A stretch of 50,383 nucleotides of DNA from Candidatus Aminicenantes bacterium (GCA_026393865.1 JAPKZI010000233.1:1-50383); one strand, 5' to 3'. Numbered from the stretch's first letter, positions 9,569-17,869 are shown. The notes: generated by a model not told the origin, from the letters alone. Made by a program: numbers and translations.

Positions 9569-10513
9569 GTGGCCAAACGAAAGAGCGTCCTCTTCCTTCT
9601 CAAGCTTCTCTTCAGCGCCGCCGTTCTCGCCTTCTTTTTTCTCCTGACCAGGACTTCGCTCAAGGACATCGGCCTCAAGCTCCGGGGAGTTTCCTGGGGG
9701 TGGCTGGCCCTGGCCTTTTCACTCCAGGGGCCCGGCCTTCTGATCAGCGCCCATCGTTGGCGGATCCTGGCCCGGGCCCAAGGCGACGACGTCCCCCTCC
9801 TCTTCCTAGTCAAGTCCTACCTCGTCGGGATGTTTTTCAACAATTTTCTGCCGACGCGCTTCGGAGGCGACGTCGTCCGCATCTGGGACGGCTCGAAATA
9901 CTCCAAGTCCCTCGTCAAATCCTCGGCCGTCGTCCTCGTCGATCGGGCCACGGGCATCATCGTCCTGTTTCTGTTCGCCCTGGTCGCGGCCCTTTTTCGC
10001 CTCGACATGGCCCGGGAGGTTCCGGTGATCTGGGCGGCGCTTGTCTTGGGTCTGATCGGGCTCGCCGGCGTGGTTTTTTTCTTCCTGCCCCTCTTCGGCC
10101 GATGGCTCCGGAAAATTCCCGAACGCGGCTTTCTGAAGCCGTTCAAACAAAAGGTCATCGACTTCCGGACGACGATCATCCTGTACAAGAACAAGCGGAA
10201 GGAATTCAGCCTGGCCACGGCCTGGGCCGTCCTTCTCCAGATGAACGTCATCCTCTTCTACTTCCTTATCGGCCGGGCCCTCCATCTGGCCATCCCCCTC
10301 CTCGATTACTTCATCTTCATCCCGCTCGTTCTCCTCATCCAGATCATCCCGATCACGATCAACGGACTCGGGCTCAGGGAAGGGGCTTATATCGAGATCT
10401 TCAAGTTCTACGGCATTCCGGCCGCATCCGCCTGGTCCTTCTCGATCATCGAAGTCGCCTTCGGCCTGATCCTCGGCTTGATCGGCGGCGCGATCTACGT
10501 TTCGCGAAAATGA
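9569..10513 (+). CDS. Lysylphosphatidylglycerol synthase TM / flippase-like (UPF0104) membrane protein
   Basis: Multi-TM; RWRIL, GMFFNNFLPTRFGGDVVR, VLVDR, IPITINGLGLRE. Confidence 0.85.
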   Translation: MAKRKSVLFLLKLLFSAAVLAFFFLLTRTSLKDIGLKLRGVSWGWLALAFSLQGPGLLISAHRWRILARAQGDDVPLLFLVKSYLVGMFFNNFLPTRFGGDVVRIWDGSKYSKSLVKSSAVVLVDRATGIIVLFLFALVAALFRLDMAREVPVIWAALVLGLIGLAGVVFFFLPLFGRWLRKIPERGFLKPFKQKVIDFRTTIILYKNKRKEFSLATAWAVLLQMNVILFYFLIGRALHLAIPLLDYFIFIPLVLLIQIIPITINGLGLREGAYIEIFKFYGIPAASAWSFSIIEVAFGLILGLIGGAIYVSRK

Positions 10514-11682
10514 GATCCTCAAGAATTCTGGTGATCGCCGCCGCGGGGCTTGTCTTCGGTTTCGGCCGGCCGGGCCCCGTCGTCGCCCGGCCGCAGGAGG
10601 CGACCGAGTCCCAAAAACGCCTGGTGCGGATCAAAGAGGAGATCGACAGCCTCAAGAGCAAGATCGCCGATGAGGAGAAGAAAGAGAAGACGATGCTCTC
10701 CGCCCTGGACCGGATCGGATTCACGAAAAGCCTGATCCGCAACGAGCTGGCCCTCTTCGCCATGCAGCTCGACAAGAACCGGCTCGAGCTGGCCGCGATC
10801 AAGAAAAGCATCCCGGACCTTCAGGCCAGCCTGGAGAAGGAAAGGGAGGCCCTGGCCCGGATCCTGGTCACCCTCTACAAATACGGCCGGTTCAATCTCG
10901 TCCGGTTCATCCTCGGCTCCGCCGACCTCCGCTCGCTCGTCGGCGAGAACAAGAACCTATCCGTCCTGGCCGCCTCCCAGGAGCGGATGATCGCCGATTA
11001 CGCCCGAAACCTGACCGAGCTCGGGAACGCCGTCGAAAATCTCAAAGCCAAGGAGGGCGACATCCAGGCCCTGATCAAGACGACCGGCGCGAAAAAAAGT
11101 TCGCTCGACGCGGAAGAAAGGAAGAACCGGGCGCTCGTCGGCGAAATCCAATCCAACCGGAAGTTCCACGAACAGACCATGGAGGAACTGAGCGTCCAGG
11201 CCCGCCAGCTCCAGGACCTTCTCCAAAAGTTCGAAAAGCAGGCGCCCGTCCTGCCCTTTCCCCTGATCCCGTTCACCGAGAAACGGGGCAAGCTCCCCTG
11301 GCCGGCCGGGGGCAAGCTCGTCCAGCGGTTCGGGCTCCAGCGGCATCCCCAGTTCAACACCGTGACCATGAACAATGGGATCGAGATCGCCCCCCCTGAG
11401 GACGACCTGACCGTCCGGGCGGTGCACGGCGGCAAAGTTGTCTTTGCCGATTATTTCCAAGGCTACGGCAACCTCATCATCATCGACCACGGGCTGACCT
11501 ACTATTCCCTCTACGGCCATTGCGCGGAGTTCAAGGTCCGGACGGGGGACTTCGTCAAGGCCGACCAGCCGATCGCGGCGGCGGGCGATACGGGGTCGAT
11601 GCTGGATATCCGATCCCTCTACTTCGAGATCCGGTTCAAGACCAAGCCCCTCGATCCCTTGCAATGGCTGTCGCGAAGATGA
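10510..11682 (+). CDS. envC: Murein hydrolase activator EnvC family (coiled coil + degenerate M23 domain)
   Basis: True start ATG 10510 (ATGA overlap). Signal peptide, long coiled coil, GKLPWP, NNGIEI, GYGNLIIIDHG, SLYFEIR, PLDPLQWL. Confidence 0.85.
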   Translation: MRSSRILVIAAAGLVFGFGRPGPVVARPQEATESQKRLVRIKEEIDSLKSKIADEEKKEKTMLSALDRIGFTKSLIRNELALFAMQLDKNRLELAAIKKSIPDLQASLEKEREALARILVTLYKYGRFNLVRFILGSADLRSLVGENKNLSVLAASQERMIADYARNLTELGNAVENLKAKEGDIQALIKTTGAKKSSLDAEERKNRALVGEIQSNRKFHEQTMEELSVQARQLQDLLQKFEKQAPVLPFPLIPFTEKRGKLPWPAGGKLVQRFGLQRHPQFNTVTMNNGIEIAPPEDDLTVRAVHGGKVVFADYFQGYGNLIIIDHGLTYYSLYGHCAEFKVRTGDFVKADQPIAAAGDTGSMLDIRSLYFEIRFKTKPLDPLQWLSRR

Positions 11683-11715
11683 TACAATCCGCCCGCTTTG
11701 GATGAACGATCGAGG

Positions 11716-12861
11716 ATGTTGAGAAAGCGCCAAGCCCGGGTCCTTCTCGTCACGGCCATCGTGGCCGCGGTCCTTTTCTTCTGCCTCGAAAAGAGCGTCC
11801 TGCCCGGCGGCCCGCAGAGGGGATCGTCCGGGCGGGACTTCAGTCCCCTGGCGACCGTCATCCGCTACATCAAGAGCGATTATCTCGAAGAGCCCGACCC
11901 AAAAAAGACCATGGAGGGGGCCTTCCAAGGCCTCGTCAACGCCCTCGACATTCTTTCCAGCTATCTCGACAAGCCGGCCGTCGCCAAATACACGAATCCC
12001 CAGAAGCTCCAGTTGAAAGACATCGGAGCCATCATCTACAAGCGCTACGCCGCCTTCCCGCTCGTCATCGGGATCGTCGCCAATTCTCCGGCCGAAAAGG
12101 CCGGGATCAAGATCGGCGATTACTTGAGCGCGCTCGACGAGCGCTCGACGCTCGTCTGGAGCCTGACGGAGATCAACCTCTATCTCAAGGACGGTGCGGC
12201 CGTTCCGGTCAAGCTCCGGCTGATCCGCGACAACTCGACCAAGGAAATGATGGTCATCCGCTCCGACATCTATCCCAAGACGCTGACCGCGACCCCCCTG
12301 AGCGGGACGGCCGGGATCGTTCGGATCCATCATTTCTATCCTTCGCTCGTCGCCGAATTTAAAACCTCCCTCCTCCCCCGGCTCAAAGGGCAAAAAGCTC
12401 CGTTGATCATCGATCTGAGAGATTGTCATGAGGGAGAGATGAGCGAAGCCCGGGCTTTTTTGAATCTTTTCCTCAAGACGGACAAGATCGGCTATCTCGA
12501 ACGAAAGGGCGGCCTGAAAGACTATTGGGCCTGCCCCGAAGACTCCCCGCTCGAATCACTCCCCGTCATCGTCTGGGTCAACCAGGCCACGATGGGCCCG
12601 GCGGAACTGGCGGCCGGCGTTTTAAAGGACCTCAAAAAAGTCAAGGTCATCGGGCTATCGACCCCCGGGCTGACGGGAAAGCAGGACCTGTTCGCTTTGG
12701 GCAACGGCGACGCCCTGCTCCTGACCACGGGCGTCTTCTGCTTCAACTCGGGAGAAAAGCTCTGGAGCAAGGGGGTGGCGCCCGACGTGAAGCTCGACCT
12801 GGATAAAACCGACGACAAAGCATATACCGAAAAGACCCTCGGCCTCCTCTCCGGCCACTGA
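11716..12861 (+). CDS. S41/CtpA-like PDZ protein, predicted catalytically inactive
   Basis: SPAEKAGIKIGD (PDZ), IIDLR, GVAPDV. The Ser and Lys catalytic motifs are replaced (TMGPAE, TPGL). Confidence 0.8.
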   Translation: MLRKRQARVLLVTAIVAAVLFFCLEKSVLPGGPQRGSSGRDFSPLATVIRYIKSDYLEEPDPKKTMEGAFQGLVNALDILSSYLDKPAVAKYTNPQKLQLKDIGAIIYKRYAAFPLVIGIVANSPAEKAGIKIGDYLSALDERSTLVWSLTEINLYLKDGAAVPVKLRLIRDNSTKEMMVIRSDIYPKTLTATPLSGTAGIVRIHHFYPSLVAEFKTSLLPRLKGQKAPLIIDLRDCHEGEMSEARAFLNLFLKTDKIGYLERKGGLKDYWACPEDSPLESLPVIVWVNQATMGPAELAAGVLKDLKKVKVIGLSTPGLTGKQDLFALGNGDALLLTTGVFCFNSGEKLWSKGVAPDVKLDLDKTDDKAYTEKTLGLLSGH

Positions 12862-12864
12862 TCC

Positions 12865-13731
12865 ATGAGGAGATCGCTTTCTCCCGGTCTGCTCCTGTTC
12901 GTCTCCCTCTTGCCCCTTCTGATCCTCGCTTTTATTTTCGTCAAAAGTCCGGTTCAAGAAACGGAGCGGATTCAAGTCCGGATCGCCGCGCAGAAGGTCC
13001 CGCCTCCGAGAACCCTCCCCGCGCTGGAAAATGAGGCGGCCTTGCCGCCGCCGGCCAAAGAGGTCCGGGCGAGCCTTGCCGCGATCATCATAGACGACCT
13101 TGGCTATAACCTCGAGCCTGTCCAGATCATCTGCGCCTTCAAGCGGCCGGTGACGGTTTCCATTCTTCCCTTCGCTCCGGCGACCTTGGAAACCGCGCGC
13201 CTGGCGCGCGAGGGCGGACTGGAGATCATGCTCCACCTGCCGCTCGAGGCCCTGCACCAGAAGATGGAAAAGGCCTCCCAGGGCACGATCTACACGAGCA
13301 TGACCGCCGAAGAGATCCGGAAGAACGTCTTGGCCTCCCTGGCCGAGGTCCCCGGATGTCGGGGCGTGAATAATCATACCGGTTCGATGGTCACCGAAGA
13401 CGACCGGATGATGCCCGTCATCCTCGGCGTGCTGAAGGAAAAGAACCTCTTCTTCATCGACAGCCGGACGAGCCCGAACTCGATCGCTTTCGAGACCGCC
13501 CGGAGCATGGGCGTCCCCTCGGCCGCCCGCCGGACCTTCCTGGACGACAACCTTGAGGAGGCCGCGATCAAGAGGCAGCTCGAGGAATTGTTCCGCGTGG
13601 CCCGGGCGAACGGCCGGGCCGTGGGCATCGGCCACGCCAGGAAAGAGACGCTCCAGGCGCTCGGGAAATATCTAGGCCTGGCCGATGCTTACGGCGTCAA
13701 GCTCGTTTTCGCCTCGGTCGTCGTCGAGTGA
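12865..13731 (+). CDS. Divergent polysaccharide deacetylase (YibQ family)
   Basis: AIIIDDLG, MLHLPLE, GVNNHTGS, FFIDSRT, FLDD, AVGIGH; typical envC-ctpA-yibQ synteny. Confidence 0.88.
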   Translation: MRRSLSPGLLLFVSLLPLLILAFIFVKSPVQETERIQVRIAAQKVPPPRTLPALENEAALPPPAKEVRASLAAIIIDDLGYNLEPVQIICAFKRPVTVSILPFAPATLETARLAREGGLEIMLHLPLEALHQKMEKASQGTIYTSMTAEEIRKNVLASLAEVPGCRGVNNHTGSMVTEDDRMMPVILGVLKEKNLFFIDSRTSPNSIAFETARSMGVPSAARRTFLDDNLEEAAIKRQLEELFRVARANGRAVGIGHARKETLQALGKYLGLADAYGVKLVFASVVVE

Positions 13732-13734
13732 ACG

Positions 13735-15519
13735 TTACTTCGCTTCCACCGAAAAGATCAGCGTGGCGTCGGCGATCTCGGCGATGTTGTGCGTCTTCAG
13801 GCCCCTCGGCACGATCCAGCAGACCGCGGTTTTGCCGCGGAAATATCGCATGGCGTTCTCGACGACCTTGCGGACGGAATAAGCCTCCTGGCTGACGATG
13901 TTCACCACGATCATCAGCCAGTTCATGGAGAAGTGGCTGATGTTGGATCCCCGCCGCAGGAGCTGGATGACCGACGGGCCGGCCGTCTTCTTCTTGGCGT
14001 GGCCGAAATCCGGCGCGTCGGGCCGGCCCAGGGCGGCCAGCCCGCTGGCTTTGGGGAATTCGACCGAAGCCCATCGCGCGACCGTCCCGCAGTTCGATAT
14101 CCGCGAATAGTCGCAGCCATAAATGTCCATGATCAGTTCGAAGGCGGAGGAGAGACCGCGCTCCATGGGCAGTTGGAAGTCCGGGGCGAAGACCGCGCCG
14201 CTCTCGACGAGCTTCGGCCGATGCTTCCGCGATACGATGTCGATGCCGTGGGCCTCGGTCTTCTTGAGGGCGGCCTTGTAGATCGCGGTGTTCTTCCGGA
14301 CGTCCTTGAGCTCGGCGAACGATCCGCGCGGCAGGTGCCAGCAGACGGCCGAGCCGGCGCCGAAATAGTCCAGGGAGAAGTCCGTCGCTTCCGCCACCGG
14401 CAGCGAAGCGCAGGTGAAGATGTTGGCGCAGGCCTTGTCGCCGAAACGGCGGTAGTTGATGGCGCTCGTTTCGATGTACTGGACGAGGGTGTCTCCGTCT
14501 CCCAGCTCGGGGTTCGAGACGATGGGCTCGCCGTAGGCCAGCATCCGGATCGCCTTGCACGCGTCCCGGCTCCACTTCTCGACCTGGTTCAGCGTCGGTC
14601 GTTTTCGCCCGGGCAGCTCGATGTCCATGACGATCTCCTCGCCGTACTTGTCGAGCTCGAGCCGCTTCTGGAATTCGGGGTAGGGGTAGGCCGTGATCTC
14701 GGGCGAATACCAGCTCGTCTTGATCCCGGCCTTCTTATAGTTCTTCTTCGCGTTCCGGTCGGCGTTCTTGAAAACGCGTTTGCCTTTGGACCCGGCCGTC
14801 AGGCTGAACGGCCCGCCGTGGTAGCTGACGTTGGCGAACTGGACGACCCGCACGTCATCGAAGGTCCGTTCGATCTGGCGCCAGCTCCCCGGCGCTTCGA
14901 ACGGCTGGAGGATGAGCGCCCCCGTCTGGTGGATGGTGATGCCGTCCTCCTTCAGCGCGTCCTTGACGCTTTCATAGAAGCTCGTGTTGAAGAGGCTCTT
15001 GGCCGGCCCGATGGGGTCGGTCGAGTCGATCATGACCGCGTCGCATTTTCCCTTCATCGCCCGGATGACCTCGGCCCCGTCGCCGATGATGAGGTCGAAA
15101 CGAGGATCGTCGAAGATGCTTCCGGAGATCGACGGCATGTGCTCGCGGCAGAGATCCACGACCACCTTGTCGATCTCGGCCATGGTCACCTTTTTGATGT
15201 ATTTGTGGCGGAGGACCTCCCGAGCGACGCCGCCGTCGCCGCCGCCGATGATGAGCACGTGCTCGGCCGGTTTGGGCAGGGCGAACAGGGGCCAGTGGGC
15301 GATCCACTCATGGTAGATCCCCTCATCCTCCTCAGTCAGCTGGACGATGCCGTCCAGGACCAGGACGCGGCCGAACCGGTCCGACTCCAGAATCATGAGC
15401 TTTTGGAAACCGGTATCGGTCTCGGGGACGATGATCCGGGACACCTCGAATCCATAAGTCACGTCCTTATAGAGGTCCTCGAAGAACCAGAGCTTGTTGC
15501 CTTTTTTAACCAATCCCAT
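13735..15519 (-). CDS. speE: Polyamine aminopropyltransferase (SpeE) fused to two tandem S-adenosylmethionine decarboxylase-like (SpeD) domains
   Basis: LVLDGIVQ, VLIIGGGDGG, EID, DSTDPIGPA; C-terminal half has two SpeD-like repeats, each ending AVCWxxPRG. Start at ATG 15519 with AAGGAG SD. Confidence 0.85.
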   Translation of the reverse strand: MGLVKKGNKLWFFEDLYKDVTYGFEVSRIIVPETDTGFQKLMILESDRFGRVLVLDGIVQLTEEDEGIYHEWIAHWPLFALPKPAEHVLIIGGGDGGVAREVLRHKYIKKVTMAEIDKVVVDLCREHMPSISGSIFDDPRFDLIIGDGAEVIRAMKGKCDAVMIDSTDPIGPAKSLFNTSFYESVKDALKEDGITIHQTGALILQPFEAPGSWRQIERTFDDVRVVQFANVSYHGGPFSLTAGSKGKRVFKNADRNAKKNYKKAGIKTSWYSPEITAYPYPEFQKRLELDKYGEEIVMDIELPGRKRPTLNQVEKWSRDACKAIRMLAYGEPIVSNPELGDGDTLVQYIETSAINYRRFGDKACANIFTCASLPVAEATDFSLDYFGAGSAVCWHLPRGSFAELKDVRKNTAIYKAALKKTEAHGIDIVSRKHRPKLVESGAVFAPDFQLPMERGLSSAFELIMDIYGCDYSRISNCGTVARWASVEFPKASGLAALGRPDAPDFGHAKKKTAGPSVIQLLRRGSNISHFSMNWLMIVVNIVSQEAYSVRKVVENAMRYFRGKTAVCWIVPRGLKTHNIAEIADATLIFSVEAK

Positions 15520-15540
15520 AGCTCGTCTCCTTACAATAAA

Positions 15541-15576
15541 TCGGGCACACATACCGAATTCGGTATATGGACCCGA
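15541..15576. repeat. Family D palindrome
   Basis: TCGGGcacacATACCGAATTCGGTATatggaCCCGA; perfect 16-bp core. Confidence 0.65.
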
Positions 15577-15590
15577 AATGAAACCGGATT

Positions 15591-16505
15591 TTAGTGGACA
15601 ACCGTCATGATGTCAATGAGATAAAAGCCGGCGAGATCGAAGGCGGTCAAGCCGATCCAGAAGGCCGCCCGGAGGGCGGGCCTGTCCTTGAGGCGGCCGT
15701 AAAAGCCGCGGGCGAGCGCGTCGATGGCGAAGATTTCCAGGGCGAAGGGGAGGAAGCCGAGGAAGCCGAAGACGGGCATCTGGAAGATCCGGCCGAAGTT
15801 CAGGTAGGGGATATGGTATTCCCAATGAGAACCGGCCCAGAAATTGAAGAGCTCCCAGATCAGTCCGGCGGCCAGTCCGGCCGACAGCCATTCCGCCAGC
15901 CGGCTAGCGTCGCCTTCTTCGAGGTCGCCCAAGAGGGACGGCCGCCGGCGGCGGTAATTGAGCGGCTCGAGGAGAAAGATGAAACCCAGCCAGACCAGGG
16001 GGAAAAAGAGCCGCGGCCAAACCAGCGTCGCGGTCAGGGAAGCGAAGCCGAGAACGAGGCTGAGACGAAGGAAGGCTGGCCTCACCGCGAGGCGGCCGCA
16101 AGCCCATTTCTTGTTCTTGTGAAGGCTTCGGATGAAGGCGGCGATGATCTTCAGGGCGGGGATGACCGTGGCGAAAGCGATGAAATAGCCCGCCCAGCGC
16201 TCTGGAAGGCTCGCCGGCACTCCCTGATAGGACCAGTTCTTCAGCCGGAGATTGAAAAGCTCAAAAACGAGCCAGACCGGAACCGACAGAAACGCCGAGA
16301 AGAGAAAATCGGACCCCGCCCCGAAAAGAGTGGACGCGCCCGCCCGCCGGACATTCACCCCGTCCAGGGCCAGGAGGAACGACCACCAGGCGAAACAATA
16401 GAACCAGGTCTTCATGAACGGCGCGCCGGCCGCCAGGAGTCCCGCCGATCCGGCGAAGGCAACTATACCCAGATAGACATTGAACCGGAGCCATTGCTTG
16501 GCCAT
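15591..16505 (-). CDS. Conserved hypothetical polytopic membrane protein (internally duplicated W..FE..N..W.Y motif)
   Basis: About 9 hydrophobic segments; WLVFELFNLRLKNWSY and WELFNFWAGSHWEY, FQMPVFGFLGFLPFALE. Confidence 0.75.
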   Translation of the reverse strand: MAKQWLRFNVYLGIVAFAGSAGLLAAGAPFMKTWFYCFAWWSFLLALDGVNVRRAGASTLFGAGSDFLFSAFLSVPVWLVFELFNLRLKNWSYQGVPASLPERWAGYFIAFATVIPALKIIAAFIRSLHKNKKWACGRLAVRPAFLRLSLVLGFASLTATLVWPRLFFPLVWLGFIFLLEPLNYRRRRPSLLGDLEEGDASRLAEWLSAGLAAGLIWELFNFWAGSHWEYHIPYLNFGRIFQMPVFGFLGFLPFALEIFAIDALARGFYGRLKDRPALRAAFWIGLTAFDLAGFYLIDIMTVVH

Positions 16506-16544
16506 GTCCTGATTTTAGCAAATTGACCCCGCCAATAATATATA

Positions 16545-16701
16545 GGGGGGCTCGGGGGATGCCGCCCGTCACCAAGCGGATTTTCCCCAGCGCGGAAAAT
16601 CCGCTCGGACCTCGCTCTCGAGCTCTCGGAAAAACTCTGTTTTTCCGAACCATGCCCGCTCTCGCTCTCGGACGGGTTCCGGGGGCATACCCCCTCGCCC
16701 C
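16545..16701. repeat. Structured repeat family A, copy 1 (multi-hairpin)
   Basis: 16548-16604 matches 45819-45875 with 2 mismatches; internal hairpins GCGGATTTTCC/GGAAAATCCGC and TCGGAAAAAC/GTTTTTCCGA. Confidence 0.85.
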
Positions 16702-16879
16702 AGTGGAGGAAAAGCAGGCTAATTACCGTATGGACAGGCCTTCATTATCAATCTGTGAGCGAAGAAGCGGACGAACGCTTTATTCATGGATCGAACCGAA
16801 CGACAAGATCGAGAAACGGCTGAGCGACCAAAAAGAGATCTCGCCGTTACCGTTCGGTCTTCTTGGCAGAGAATCCGAG

Positions 16880-17002
16880 GACGCGGCGGCAGGGTTGGCC
16901 CCAAGGCCCCCATAGCGGAGGGGGGTCCCCTCGGCTTGGCCGCGGGGGGAACCGACGGGACTGGTTCCCCAGGGGGCCGGGGGCCAACCCTGCCGTCGCG
17001 TC
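16880..17002. repeat. Structured repeat family B, copy 1
   Basis: 23-bp terminal inverted repeat enclosing CATAGCGGAGGGGGGTCCC...GGGGAACCGACGGGACTGGTTCCCCAG, which recurs inverted at 30374-30500. Confidence 0.88.
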
Positions 17003-17061
17003 GACCAGAGACTTCGCCGCCGAGAAGGACGGGGAGGAAACGGCGTTAAGAACCCGAGTCA

Positions 17062-17162
17062 AGGGACGAGCCTTCGGCTCGCCACTCGCCCGTGGCTTAT
17101 ATCCACGGGCGAGTACGGCGGAAGTGGACCCCCGGGCAAGCCCGGGGCCCCGGCCGCTGTCG
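17062..17162. repeat. Structured repeat family C, copy 1
   Basis: Near-identical (about 5 differences) to the reverse complement of 31866-31967; three hairpins. Confidence 0.9.
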
Positions 17163-17287
17163 GGAGCGAGGCCGTTTCCAGATCTTGTCTATACGACGCG
17201 ACACAGAGAACGTTCGCCCGTATCGAGCGAGCCCTTCTTGCCAAAGGACCGGGCATCGACTATCATGAGAGGAGAAGGAGGCCTTCC

Positions 17288-17860
17288 ATGAAACACGGAC
17301 GAAGATCGATAAGCGTGACCCTCGGCCTGGCGCTCCTCTCCTCCCTTCTCGCGTTCCACTCCGGGTGTAAAAACATGACCGAGCAGGAGATCAGGGCCGC
17401 CATGGAGATCGAGTTGCTGGACACGAAATGGGTGGCCAAAGAATACAAGGTCTGGCCGAACGCCAAATTGACCCTGGTCCCGACGGTCACCTTCCGGGTC
17501 AAGAATATCTCGGCGAAGCCGCTGACCTACGTCAATTTCAACGGCATTTTCAAGATCAAGGACGATGCCGAAAATCGGGGAGATCAATTCCTGGCGGCCA
17601 TCCGGAACAAGCCGGTCCTTCCCGGCGAATGGAGCGATCCCATCACCTTAAAGAGCAATTTCGGGGTCGAGGGCAACCGCCTGGCCGATTTTCAGAACAA
17701 TCCCCAGTGGAAAACCTTCTTCGTCAAGATCTTCATCCAGACGAGAGGATCGCAGCACGTTCTGTTCGCCGAATGGCCGATCTCGCGCAAGATCGATTTC
17801 AAGGAAGACCAGCCCGCCCACCAGGGAACGGACCAGAAACAAGAACCGGTCAAGAAGTAA
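17288..17860 (+). CDS. Hypothetical lipoprotein
   Basis: AGGAGG SD, signal peptide with lipobox-like HSG-C, beta-rich mature domain. Confidence 0.7.
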   Translation: MKHGRRSISVTLGLALLSSLLAFHSGCKNMTEQEIRAAMEIELLDTKWVAKEYKVWPNAKLTLVPTVTFRVKNISAKPLTYVNFNGIFKIKDDAENRGDQFLAAIRNKPVLPGEWSDPITLKSNFGVEGNRLADFQNNPQWKTFFVKIFIQTRGSQHVLFAEWPISRKIDFKEDQPAHQGTDQKQEPVKK

Positions 17861-17869
17861 GGAGAATGA

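Noticed and set aside
9700-10509. Apparent 270-aa N-terminal extension of EnvC
   Set aside because: Arg/Pro-rich off-frame read of the upstream flippase-like gene. The real start is ATG 10510, followed by a signal peptide.
16545-17162. CRISPR array or a known ncRNA (tRNA, RNase P, tmRNA, riboswitch, hammerhead)
   Set aside because: No regularly spaced direct repeats, no cas genes, and none of the diagnostic conserved motifs could be found by eye.
16523-17291. Short ORFs across the repeat cluster that share peptides with ORFs near 30.4, 31.9 and 45.8 kb
   Set aside because: The shared peptides are translations of the DNA repeats. Variation between copies preserves base pairing, not reading frame.
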